Of a stretch of DNA of 64,000 nucleotides, positions 47,151 to 55,969 are shown piece by piece. The first letter of the stretch is position 1. Each line of letters opens with the position of its first letter. The notes under the pieces are model-generated. The model saw only the letters and a list, made by a program, of their open reading frames with translations, did not search any database and was not told the origin of the DNA. This DNA comes from an uncultured Christensenella sp. (GTDB taxonomy: Bacteria > Bacillota > Clostridia > Christensenellales > UBA1242), in the NCBI GenBank assembly GCA_949841595.1, contig CATKZB010000005.1:2178-66177 (forward strand). Reading direction: 5' to 3'. Made by a program: the position numbers and the translations under genes.

Positions 47151-47198
47151 CAATAAAGACCGAACCAAAGCTTAATTTCAGCATTTGCTTGGTATAAG

Positions 47199-47226
47199 AA
47201 AAAAACTCTCTAATGAGAGTTTTTAT
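47199..47226. terminator. bidirectional terminator (shared with ppa)
   Basis: aaaaactctc-taat-gagagttttt. The ppa stop codon lies in the 3' flank. Confidence 0.75.
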
Positions 47227-47756
47227 TGTTTTAATATGTCTTTTTTGTAAAGCTCTAAACTTTCTTCAATAATCTCCAAGGCTCTTTGATGATTTCCAAG
47301 TTCTTTAATTTCAACTGGTTTGTTTTCAAGTTGCTTATAAACTGTCAAAAAATGCATCAATTCTTCAAAAATATGTTCAGGAAGTTCGTCAATATCTTTG
47401 TAAGTGTTATATTGTGGGTCGCCATATGGGATTGCAATCACCTTTTCATCTCTTTCGTTTCTATCTGTCATGATGACAACGCCAATAGGATAACATCTTA
47501 CAATAGACAATCTCTCAAGAGGCTCTGAACAAAGCACAAAAACATCCAAAGGATCGTGATCTCCACAATAAGTAAGAGGGATGAAGCCATAATTCATTGG
47601 ATAGTGGGTGCTTGTGTACAAAACTCTGTCCATAATCAAACAGCCAGTTTCTTTGTCAAGCTCATATTTTGTTTTGTCTCCTTGTTGAATTTCAATACAT
47701 GCGATAAAGTCGTTTGGCTTAACACGGCTTTCATCCATATCTTTCCAAATATTCAT
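47223..47756 (-). CDS. ppa: inorganic pyrophosphatase, family I
   Basis: IEI..G...KYE.DKE.G....DR.L......YP.NYGFIP.T...D.DPLDV.VL is the family I PPase signature. 177 aa with an AAGGAG SD. Confidence 0.9.
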   Translation of the reverse strand: MNIWKDMDESRVKPNDFIACIEIQQGDKTKYELDKETGCLIMDRVLYTSTHYPMNYGFIPLTYCGDHDPLDVFVLCSEPLERLSIVRCYPIGVVIMTDRNERDEKVIAIPYGDPQYNTYKDIDELPEHIFEELMHFLTVYKQLENKPVEIKELGNHQRALEIIEESLELYKKDILKQ

Positions 47757-47894
47757 TTTGTTTCTCCTTTAAGTGTGTTTTATTATAGTATACTTCCAAA
47801 AATTATGCAAATAAAATTACTTAAAAAATTTGTAATTTTTATTTGGTAATTATTTCCTAATGTGTTATATTAGAATTAGCTTAAGGGAGGTTTT

Positions 47895-49949
47895 ATGAAA
47901 AATAAAATTTGGGCAATTTTAGTGGCTGCACTTGTGGTTGTTGGAATTGTCTTAGGTATTGTTTTGCCAAGCGTTTTGAAAAAAGACGAAGGCACAGAGG
48001 CAAACTATAACATTATTTTTGCCAACTCATCAATTCCACCAACATTGGCAGCAATGGATTCTATCCTTGCAGGTGGAGAGTCTTATGCCTATATTCAAAG
48101 AGGAAAGACTTATTCAGGAATTGCTCAAACAGCAGGATTTACAAATTCTGGTTTTGATGTAAAAGTAAACGGCGATGGAAAAGACAACGTTTTGTCACCT
48201 GCACAAGTTCAAGATTTTGCAAATTTGGTGAAAAGACTTAAGACAGAAAACAAAAAGGCTAAATTTACAATTTATGTAACTGACTTTGATGCTTATGCCG
48301 GATTTGCTATCGGAATTTATGGTGGGCTTTCAGACAGTGATTTTAAGGTTGTTATGATTGAAGATGGTTATTCAACATATGCAAACTTCAGAAACTATTT
48401 TGTCAATGGCAAAAATGTGACTGGGGGGGGTGCTGACGAGCCTTTTGAAGCTTTTAAAGCTCTTCTTGATGATTCTGTTGAAAAAATTAACAACATGAAA
48501 CGCGATGCAGCAGGTGCTTTGCCAGGCCAAGATTTGATGTTCCATAGTCCATATGCTGTTTATGCACTTGCAACACTCAGCAATGCTGAATATCGTGTTC
48601 AAAATAAAAATACTCTTTTAAATGATTTAAACAGCGTAGCTTCTTCAAGATTGAACACTATATATAAAGGAGAAGATTCAGAATATAAAATTAACATCAA
48701 ATCTTCTTCAATAAGTGAAACAATGGGGAAATTTAATGCAGAACAAAAAGAAAAATATCTTACATTGACACTTGGTGATTTTAGAACAGAAGCAACAAAT
48801 ATGTTGACAAGAACTGTTGACGGAAATGAAAATGAAGTTTCTTCAAAAAAATTAGTTTATATCGGTTCTCGTGCATATGGTTATGATTATGCATTGGTTG
48901 AAGATTTGACTGAAGCAAATTACTCAACATATATCGTTGAATATTCAGTTCTTCAAACTTTGGCTGAAGGTGGAGACGCTTTTGCAACATTCTTGACAAG
49001 TGAATATACAGAAAGCGATTGGGCTTCATTCGTAGCTTTGATGCCATCAACTTATAATGTTGCATATACTGCTGCGTTTAATAAATTCCAAGAATATAGA
49101 TATGCTTTCTCTTGGGTTCTTTCACTTTATGGTGGCACTGAAGAAGGGAAATATGACATCCTATATAAAGGACATCCATCAGAACTTGTTGACACAAAAT
49201 CCACTTTCCAAGAAAAGCATTATAAAGTGGATGGGGTTCCTTTCAATGAAGAAATGTATACAATGGTAAATCATTTCCATTTTAGTGATTCAGTAGGAAA
49301 GAGAATTGGAGTTCTTCCTGGTGGAGTTGCTGTTGAAAACTTTGCATATTTGGGACTTGATTTCTCAATTTGTGGGCTTGATAGTTCTTCTTATAAAGGT
49401 TATGAACCTTCAGTTCCTGTTGAATTTGTTATTGGTGGTGGAAACTATAATGTTTTCAGTACAAATCTTGTAGGTAGATATATTGCTGGAAACTTGCTTG
49501 ATAGTGCCGAAGAACAAACTTTGATTTTGAATAAAGGAAACCTTTTAAAACTTCTTGGCCGTGAAACTGAATACAAAAATTGGGTTAAAGCAACATTCGG
49601 AATTACAGAAAATGTTGACAATTACACTCTTGACAGAAGAGGATTGTTGGCTTATTCAGATGAATATGTTGCAGCAAACAGCCTTGAAAATAATGTAATC
49701 AAGAGAAACGTTGTGTTTGGCCATATGGAAAGTGAAAGCTTTGTTGCTGACAAAACAGTTGAAAATGTTGCAAACGGGACTCAACTTTCTGCAATTGTTT
49801 CAGAATTTGCAGGTACAGTTCCAGAAGGAAAAGTATTTGCTGGCTGGGCATATGAAGGTCAAACAACAGTTTGGAACAGTTATTTCAACACTGTTGAAGG
49901 TGAAATAAGAATGGTTCCAGTTTTCACTAACGTTACTACAGAAGCTTAA
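47895..49949 (+). CDS. membrane-anchored protein with bacterial sialyltransferase-like (GT80-like) motifs and a C-terminal Listeria-Bacteroides-type repeat
   Basis: N-terminal TM helix (IWAILVAALVVVGIVLGIVLP). The D/E-D/E-G motif is VVMIEDGYSTY and the HP motif is ILYKGHPSE. The downstream DSSSY aligns, from my memory of Pasteurella PmST1, with LYDDGSMEY / YFKGHPRGG / GVASSLY. Also SSIPPTLAAMD vs ASLPALNQLMD and KYLTLTLGDF vs FYLTLVGF. The C-terminus has KVFAGWAYEG. A GGGAGG SD is present. Confidence 0.5.
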   Translation: MKNKIWAILVAALVVVGIVLGIVLPSVLKKDEGTEANYNIIFANSSIPPTLAAMDSILAGGESYAYIQRGKTYSGIAQTAGFTNSGFDVKVNGDGKDNVLSPAQVQDFANLVKRLKTENKKAKFTIYVTDFDAYAGFAIGIYGGLSDSDFKVVMIEDGYSTYANFRNYFVNGKNVTGGGADEPFEAFKALLDDSVEKINNMKRDAAGALPGQDLMFHSPYAVYALATLSNAEYRVQNKNTLLNDLNSVASSRLNTIYKGEDSEYKINIKSSSISETMGKFNAEQKEKYLTLTLGDFRTEATNMLTRTVDGNENEVSSKKLVYIGSRAYGYDYALVEDLTEANYSTYIVEYSVLQTLAEGGDAFATFLTSEYTESDWASFVALMPSTYNVAYTAAFNKFQEYRYAFSWVLSLYGGTEEGKYDILYKGHPSELVDTKSTFQEKHYKVDGVPFNEEMYTMVNHFHFSDSVGKRIGVLPGGVAVENFAYLGLDFSICGLDSSSYKGYEPSVPVEFVIGGGNYNVFSTNLVGRYIAGNLLDSAEEQTLILNKGNLLKLLGRETEYKNWVKATFGITENVDNYTLDRRGLLAYSDEYVAANSLENNVIKRNVVFGHMESESFVADKTVENVANGTQLSAIVSEFAGTVPEGKVFAGWAYEGQTTVWNSYFNTVEGEIRMVPVFTNVTTEA
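48423..48430 (+). repeat. G8 homopolymeric tract inside the sialyltransferase-like ORF
   Basis: ctGGGGGGGGtg, read directly from the sequence. It encodes T-G-G-G at about codon 177 of the ORF. Confidence 0.95.
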
Positions 49950-49964
49950 TTTTAAGAGGATACA

Positions 49965-50981
49965 ATGGAAAAAAGTTTATTTTGGATCAAAATAGCAAGA
50001 AAAGGAGCAACCATGGTTGCTTCTCTTGTTCTGTTTGTGGGTATTTTACTTGATTTGATATTTAGATATATGGGAATATCTTCCCTTATTGGTTACAAAA
50101 TTTTTGCAGCAGGGATGATTGTGTTTGGTGTTATTTTTGGACTCTCAATTGCAATCACTTTTCTTGCTGATAAGTTGAAAAACCAACAGAACAAAGATTT
50201 ACCTGAGAAAAAAGAAGAAGAGAAATCTTCTGAAAAGAAGTTTAAGTTTTTTGAATTTTTATATAAATATGAAAACACAATCAAGTTGTTTTTCTATGCA
50301 TTAGGTTTGTTTTTGGCTGTTTATTTTGCTTACAGCATTTTATCAACCAATTTGTATTGGACAATTTATTACTTTATTTGTCTTTTCCTTTGGACAATGG
50401 CAGTTTTGGCATTTATGGAATTGTTTTATTCCAAAGATAAGAAAACTTTTATCACATTTGGAGTGCTTTTAGGCGTAACTTTGGTGCTTCTTGTTTGGTA
50501 TACGGTCTTGGCACATAAAACTTTCTTTGTTGCAACAGCAAAACCAAATCTGAAACTTATGGATATATTGTTGCTTATAACATTATTCTTGATGACAGTT
50601 TTGTATTTGATTATTGTTTCAGAAAATCAAATTTCAAAAGTGAAACATACAAGAAATTGTGGTGTGGGCTTGATTTTGCTTTGTGCAGGGGTTTGTATGT
50701 ATCATGTGCAAGCTATCGCAGCTTTCATATTGAAAAAATGGGACACCACTGCAGACTTGAGAGACAGAGTTCAATATCTTTTGAAACCTATGAACATTTG
50801 CATGTATGTTGTTATCGCTCTTGTTATTGTGGCTATGATAAATGTGGCACTCAACACAACTCATTACATCAAAACAAAAAACTGGCTTGGGCTTGTGGAT
50901 GTGTTGGCATCGTTTGTGTGCGTGGTGCTTTGTTTGGTGGGAATCCTTACTTTCGCAAACTTTATTGCATATCTTAAATAA
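49965..50981 (+). CDS. polytopic membrane protein of unknown function
   Basis: Starts 15 nt after the previous gene with an AAGAGGA SD. 338 aa with about 8-9 hydrophobic helices. Confidence 0.65.
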   Translation: MEKSLFWIKIARKGATMVASLVLFVGILLDLIFRYMGISSLIGYKIFAAGMIVFGVIFGLSIAITFLADKLKNQQNKDLPEKKEEEKSSEKKFKFFEFLYKYENTIKLFFYALGLFLAVYFAYSILSTNLYWTIYYFICLFLWTMAVLAFMELFYSKDKKTFITFGVLLGVTLVLLVWYTVLAHKTFFVATAKPNLKLMDILLLITLFLMTVLYLIIVSENQISKVKHTRNCGVGLILLCAGVCMYHVQAIAAFILKKWDTTADLRDRVQYLLKPMNICMYVVIALVIVAMINVALNTTHYIKTKNWLGLVDVLASFVCVVLCLVGILTFANFIAYLK

Positions 50982-50987
50982 AAAAAT

Positions 50988-51016
50988 AAAACATCTGCAA
51001 CTTGCAGATGTTTTTT
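50988..51016. terminator. bidirectional terminator
   Basis: aaaacatctgcaa / cttgcagatgtttt, between convergent genes. Confidence 0.8.
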
Positions 51017-51218
51017 AATCTTCCAAACCAAAAATATAATCCATTGAAACTTTAAAGTATCTAGAATAAATTAGCAATATTTCAAAACTTGGCGTTCTCG
51101 TGCCATTTTCCCAACGTGAGATAGTATTACGGCTTGTCATAACAATTTTACTAAATTCTTTTATAGATAAATTCTTTTCTATTCTTAATTCTCTAAGTGT
51201 TTTTCCTAATTTTTCCAT
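51015..51218 (-). CDS. XRE-family HTH transcriptional regulator
   Basis: LRELRIEKNLSIKEFSKIVMTSRNTISRWENGTRTPS is an HTH_3 motif. 67 aa. Confidence 0.8.
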   Translation of the reverse strand: MEKLGKTLRELRIEKNLSIKEFSKIVMTSRNTISRWENGTRTPSFEILLIYSRYFKVSMDYIFGLED

Positions 51219-51382
51219 TTAAATGTTTATTTCCTTTTATATAAAATGCAGAAATATAATAAATATTATAGTAATGTATTGAAAACATAGAAATTATAAA
51301 ATAGTCAAATCCTATATTAGTTTAATGCTTTATGTTTTTTCAAAATACGAACCATCTTTTAAATAAGTATAGCATTAATTAT

Positions 51383-51419
51383 AAAAAAAGCTCAGGGATA
51401 TATCCCTGACTTTATTTTT
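51383..51419. terminator. orphan hairpin terminator in the intergenic region
   Basis: aaaaaaagc-tcaggga-tata-tccctga-ctttattttt. No + strand ORF lies upstream of it. Confidence 0.5.
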
Positions 51420-51450
51420 GATTTGAGTATACTTATTAAGATAGAAGAAT

Positions 51451-51639
51451 ATGATTAGTGAAAATATAAGCGTGGGAGAGTGGAAAAAACTTTCATACAA
51501 AGAGAAAACAGATGCAATAAAAGAATATTTTGACTCTATTGAAATTGTTGAATTGTCTGAGAAAACAATAGAGTCCTTAAAATCAAAAGTTAGAGAATTG
51601 GGGGAAATAAAGTTATTTGATTTTTTAGTTGGGTCTTGA
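51451..51639 (+). CDS. small acidic hypothetical protein (62 aa)
   Basis: An ORF with only a weak SD (agaag). It slightly overlaps the region of the next gene's SD. Coding status is uncertain. Confidence 0.35.
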   Translation: MISENISVGEWKKLSYKEKTDAIKEYFDSIEIVELSEKTIESLKSKVRELGEIKLFDFLVGS

Positions 51640-51682
51640 AGTTATGGTTTTTCTGTGTTATAATAGACGCAGAGGAAGATAC

Positions 51683-52687
51683 ATGCGAAATAAAATTAGT
51701 CGGGAACAGTTATTTTTTATGCACCTGGTAGATAAATATGATGAAGAATTTTTGAAGATTAGAGATAAATCTAATATTCAAGATCCAAAGTTAAGAAAAA
51801 TTTATAACTACTTTAAAAACAGATTACATAGTAATTTTTCTATCGGTATGATGTGGTACGAATATGTTAAAGTGAAAAATGGAAATTCTGCAGAAAAAGA
51901 ATTTGAAAAAATTAAAAAGCATATGGACAGATATCTGAAAATATATGCCAAAGAAAATAAATTGGATTTAAACAAAATAGATACTGATATTATCAATTAT
52001 GGTTCAACTGAATTTGTTTTTGCGTTGATTGTAGATAAGAAAGTGAAATGTTCTCTTTTATTAAAACAGCCGATTGTCCCTTTTGGGAATGTTTATAAAG
52101 AAATGCAAAATCTTCTTGAATTGAGCAAAAGCAACAACAATGTTATAACTCCAATTGATTATTATGCAAAAGATGAACAAGAGCTTATGGTAACTCCATA
52201 TATTAAACAAGCAAGATGTATTTCTTGTGTGAATGATGTGTGGGGAATGTATATTCCAGAACCTTGTTATAGATTTGAAGCATTTTCTAAAGAACAAGAG
52301 TCTCTCGTTCTTGAGTGCATGATAGCAAAACTTATGAGCATGTATGATTTTGATAAAAAGCGAGGATTATCTAAATTCAGATTCATAAGTGGAGATTTCA
52401 TGTTTACAAAATCGTGGAGTGAATGTCCACGTACCATTGCAACGACATTGCACTGTATGTGGCTGGGTGCTGCAAGAGATTTTGTTGAATGCTCATTTGA
52501 AGATTACAAAAGTTTGATGATAAAAGAATTGTCAAAATCAGGAAAAGAAAATTACAAAAATATCATCTTCCAAGGGCCATATCCTGCTGTTGATGAAAAA
52601 GTTGTTGAAAATGGCATGAAACTTGGAGAGAAGTTGATCAAAGACAAAATTAAGTCAAAATCCGAAAAAGAATTTGAAAAAAGATAG
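51683..52687 (+). CDS. hypothetical protein (334 aa), no confidently recognisable domain
   Basis: ATG 51683 is preceded by AGAGGAAG, and the ORF-track start at 51629 is rejected. A strong terminator follows. Confidence 0.65.
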   Translation: MRNKISREQLFFMHLVDKYDEEFLKIRDKSNIQDPKLRKIYNYFKNRLHSNFSIGMMWYEYVKVKNGNSAEKEFEKIKKHMDRYLKIYAKENKLDLNKIDTDIINYGSTEFVFALIVDKKVKCSLLLKQPIVPFGNVYKEMQNLLELSKSNNNVITPIDYYAKDEQELMVTPYIKQARCISCVNDVWGMYIPEPCYRFEAFSKEQESLVLECMIAKLMSMYDFDKKRGLSKFRFISGDFMFTKSWSECPRTIATTLHCMWLGAARDFVECSFEDYKSLMIKELSKSGKENYKNIIFQGPYPAVDEKVVENGMKLGEKLIKDKIKSKSEKEFEKR

Positions 52688-52705
52688 CTTTTGCTATCTT
52701 TTTTT
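52682..52705 (+). terminator. rho-independent terminator
   Basis: agatagc-tttt-gctatct followed by T6. It overlaps the stop codon. Confidence 0.8.
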
Positions 52706-52707
52706 GT

Positions 52708-52784
52708 TGGTGCGTCCGTGGGGATTCGAACCCAAGACCTTTCGTTCCGTAGACGAACGCTCTATCCAGCTGAGCTACGGACGC
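52708..52784 (-). tRNA. tRNA-Arg (anticodon ACG)
   Basis: A 77-nt cloverleaf: acceptor GCGTCCG/CGGACGC, D stem GCTC/GAGC, anticodon stem TTCGT/ACGAA with loop CTACGGA, T loop TTCGAAT (one T-stem mismatch), and an encoded CCA. Confidence 0.9.
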
Positions 52785-52827
52785 ATGTAGTTGTAGGTTA
52801 CAATAGTTTTCTTTTGCAACTTTAAGC

Positions 52828-52856
52828 ATTATACAACAAAATGAAAAAATTGTAAA
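52828..52856 (-). promoter_or_regulatory. promoter of tRNA-Arg (TTTACA-17-TATAAT)
   Basis: Minus-strand TTTACA (plus 52851-52856), a 17-nt spacer, and TATAAT (plus 52828-52833). Confidence 0.6.
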
Positions 52857-52877
52857 CTACTTTTTGTTAACTTATTC

Positions 52878-53432
52878 TTATTTTTGTTGTTGAGATTGTT
52901 TCATCAAAGTTTGTATGCCAGTGGTGCAAACATCTTTTTCAGAAACACCATATTTTTTCACAAAATCAAATATTTTTGAAGTGTCAGCATTTTCAAGTTC
53001 GATGTTTTTCCACTCGATTTCCATAAATTCACCAAGATTTTTCACACTGTCAAAATCAAACTCAAAATTTTGATAGGAATAACTTTCTCGAGTTTTATCG
53101 ATAATCATTTGAACAGAAAAACCAATGGAAAACAAAATCTTTTCCAAATTCTCTTTGTTTTCAATTGAAGTTTCAAATTCGTCACAATAAACAGGTGTGT
53201 GTTCTTTATGAATTTTTTTATAAGCCAAAACAATCCCTTTTTTCTCTTCCCTTATTCTCAAGCATTCTATTGTTTCACCATTCAACTCAAAATCTTTGTA
53301 ATATGGAATGTAATATGTATCAATCAAATGCGAAGTTTTTTCAAATTTTCCTATATTTTTAAGATCTTTTATAATCTGTTGTTTTTGTTTTGTTGTGATT
53401 TTAAATTTAACTTCAATTTCTTTTCCTTTCAT
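52878..53432 (-). CDS. CYTH-domain protein (class IV adenylate cyclase / triphosphatase family)
   Basis: N-terminal EXEXK motif (KEIEVKFKI). 184 aa, with the pattern expected of a typical CyaB-like beta-barrel. An AAGGAG SD is present. Confidence 0.7.
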   Translation of the reverse strand: MKGKEIEVKFKITTKQKQQIIKDLKNIGKFEKTSHLIDTYYIPYYKDFELNGETIECLRIREEKKGIVLAYKKIHKEHTPVYCDEFETSIENKENLEKILFSIGFSVQMIIDKTRESYSYQNFEFDFDSVKNLGEFMEIEWKNIELENADTSKIFDFVKKYGVSEKDVCTTGIQTLMKQSQQQK

Positions 53433-53543
53433 TTGGCACTCCTTTGTTTATTATATAAAATTCCTTTTAGCAAAGCAACAAAATAGTTTAAAAAACTAAA
53501 ATAAGCTATTGAAATTCAAAATGAAATGTGTTAGAATCATTTT

Positions 53544-54149
53544 ATGAGAAGTGGAATTTTAAAAAATATGGATGAAGTGTTGAAATCTTTTGACAATGTC
53601 AGATTGACAATTTTTAACTATGCAGTTTACACTGTAAGACAGTTTGTTGATAATGGCTCAATCATTTATGATTTGATGTATGGAAAGACAAAAGTTGGAA
53701 TGTTGGAACTTATGCTGTTGGAAAGAGACGATAAAAGAATAAGTAACATGAAGTTATGTGCAAAAGAAGTGCCAGAGAAGTTTTTCTATTTGCAAGGAAT
53801 TGATATTTTTGAAAAATACCAAAATATGCACTTGGGAACGCAATTTTTGAATTTTGTTTTTAAAGATATTGAAAATTACAACAAAGAACACAAAACTGAT
53901 TTAAAACTGTTGTTATATCGAGCAAACAGCAAACAAACTCTCCCTTTCTATAAGAAGTTTGATGCGAGATACAATGACATAAATCCTACAGACAAATTTG
54001 ATAAATATTGTTATATGATTGTCGATGAAGTAAAACACAAAGAAAAATTTGATGGCAAAAAAATCTGCCCAATCAAATTGATTAAAGCAGATTTGCAAGG
54101 CAAAAGTGATGTTACAACAAAAGATATAATCTGTGAAAAACAATATTAA
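53544..54149 (+). CDS. hypothetical protein, possibly a GNAT-type acetyltransferase
   Basis: IDIFEKYQNMHLGTQFLNFV resembles GNAT motif A, and LPFYKKFDARY resembles motif B. There is no SD, and the ATG lies 7 nt after a TGtTAGAAT -10 element. Confidence 0.4.
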   Translation: MRSGILKNMDEVLKSFDNVRLTIFNYAVYTVRQFVDNGSIIYDLMYGKTKVGMLELMLLERDDKRISNMKLCAKEVPEKFFYLQGIDIFEKYQNMHLGTQFLNFVFKDIENYNKEHKTDLKLLLYRANSKQTLPFYKKFDARYNDINPTDKFDKYCYMIVDEVKHKEKFDGKKICPIKLIKADLQGKSDVTTKDIICEKQY

Positions 54150-55963
54150 TTTTCTGTTTTGAAATAATCTTTGATTTTTATTGCCAAGGCTTGATGAATC
54201 CCTTTAACAAGGCACAATTCTTCAACTGTGGCATTTTTTATGTTTTCTGTTGTGCCAAAGGCTTTAAGAAGTGCATCTATCTTTGTTTTGCCAAGCCCAT
54301 TGATGTTTTCAAGTTCGGTCACAGTTTGACTTTTTGTTCTTAAAGTTCTGTGGAATGTTATGGCAAATCTGTGAGCTTCATCACGAAGTCGTTGCAAAAG
54401 TTTAAGTTCTGCACTTGCATATTTCAAAATTACAGGAGTTGTGTTTTCAACAGTGAAAACCTCTTCAATTCTCTTTGCCAAAGAAATCATTTCGATTTTG
54501 TTTTCAAGATGAAAACTTTTCAAAATTTCATAACAAGAAGAAAGTTGTCCCTTCCCACCGTCTATCACGAGAAGATCGGGCTTTTCTTTGAAACTTTCTC
54601 CGTTTTGATCAACATATCTTTGCAGTCTGCGAGTTAGGGCTTCTTTTAAAGATTCAAAATCGTTGTTGCCCTCCACAGTTTTGATTTTAAATTTGCGATA
54701 ATGTTTTTTTGCAGGGCGTCCGTCAATGAAAACAACCATGGAAGCGACTTTGTTTGTTCCACTTATGTGAGAAATGTCATAGCATTCCATGCGTTTTGGC
54801 AGAGATTTGAGCCCAATTTTGTCTTGAAGTTGTTTCAAAGCCCCAAGCCCAGTGTTGTATGCCAATTTTTCTTTTTCTAGATGTTTTTCTAAATATTCTT
54901 TGGCGTTTTCTTTTGCCATATGGAGCAATGTAAAGTTTACACCATGTGGATTGGAGATTATTTTTGTTTTTTTGTTGAGATATTCACAAAGAAGAGCTTC
55001 GTCTATTGCGTGGCTGACAATGATTTCATTTGGCACAAGCATGTTGGCATAATATTGTGAAATGAAGTTAAACAAAGTTTCGTTTTCTTCAAGCTCAGCA
55101 TCACTTTGAACGAAATTTGCTATGCCAAGAATTTTTCCGCCTCTGACCACCATAACGGTGACAACGCCACTCAGTCCGTCACTGTGATAAGCAAAAACAT
55201 CTTTGTTTACATCTTTTGGAAGATTTGCCACGACGCGTTGTTTGAGTTTTGCAATCATTTTCAAACCTTCACGGAGTTCAATTGCTCTTTCAAAGTTTTG
55301 CAAATTTGAAGCAGTTTCCATTTTTTGTAGCAAAATTTCTTCTATCTCTGCGTCATTGCCATTTAAAAAACGAATGACTTTTTTTATTTCTTCAGCATAA
55401 TCCTCTTTGGTTATTTTTCCAGTGCAAGGTGCTGGGCATAGCCCAAGAGAATAATTTAGGCATTCTCTCTTTGCATTTGGGGTGTTGGTTATTTTAAGTG
55501 AACAAGTTCTGATTTTGAAGGCAAAATTTATTGTCTTTAAAATCTCTCTTGGGTCAATACCTGCAAAATAAGGTCCAAAATATTTTGCATTCGGCTCATT
55601 TTTAACTTTTCTGACAATTTCAAATCTTGGGAAGTCTTCTTTCATGTCGATTTTTATATAAGGAAACGCTTTTCCGTCCTTAAGAAGAATGTTGTAAAAT
55701 GGTTGATGTTTGTGAATTAAATTGCTTTCAAGTGCAAGGGCATCAAGTTCTGAAACAGCAATAAAATAGTCAAAATCATCCACATGGTCAACCATTGCTT
55801 GAACTTTGCTTGGTTTTGGCGAAGATCGGAAGTATTGGCTTACTCTGTTTTTCAAATTCTTGGCTTTTCCAATGTATATAATCTCTCCACTTTTGTCACG
55901 CATAACATAAACACCAGGCTTTGTGGTGAGAGTTTTAAGTTTTTCTCGTATTTTTTCATTCAT
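54146..55963 (-). CDS. uvrC: excinuclease ABC subunit C
   Basis: GIY-YIG N-terminus (GVYVMRDKSGEIIYIGKAKNLKNRVSQYF), the UvrBC-interaction and endonuclease V-like regions, and a C-terminal (HhH)2 (INGLGKTKIDALLKAFGT). 605 aa. Confidence 0.93.
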   Translation of the reverse strand: MNEKIREKLKTLTTKPGVYVMRDKSGEIIYIGKAKNLKNRVSQYFRSSPKPSKVQAMVDHVDDFDYFIAVSELDALALESNLIHKHQPFYNILLKDGKAFPYIKIDMKEDFPRFEIVRKVKNEPNAKYFGPYFAGIDPREILKTINFAFKIRTCSLKITNTPNAKRECLNYSLGLCPAPCTGKITKEDYAEEIKKVIRFLNGNDAEIEEILLQKMETASNLQNFERAIELREGLKMIAKLKQRVVANLPKDVNKDVFAYHSDGLSGVVTVMVVRGGKILGIANFVQSDAELEENETLFNFISQYYANMLVPNEIIVSHAIDEALLCEYLNKKTKIISNPHGVNFTLLHMAKENAKEYLEKHLEKEKLAYNTGLGALKQLQDKIGLKSLPKRMECYDISHISGTNKVASMVVFIDGRPAKKHYRKFKIKTVEGNNDFESLKEALTRRLQRYVDQNGESFKEKPDLLVIDGGKGQLSSCYEILKSFHLENKIEMISLAKRIEEVFTVENTTPVILKYASAELKLLQRLRDEAHRFAITFHRTLRTKSQTVTELENINGLGKTKIDALLKAFGTTENIKNATVEELCLVKGIHQALAIKIKDYFKTEN

Positions 55964-55969
55964 AAAAAT

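Noticed and set aside
51255-51270. AT-only palindrome (ataat-N4-attat) upstream of the 51015-51218 XRE gene as an operator
   Set aside because: Short A/T-only inverted repeats are expected by chance in this extremely AT-rich spacer. There is no second copy and no GC-containing core.
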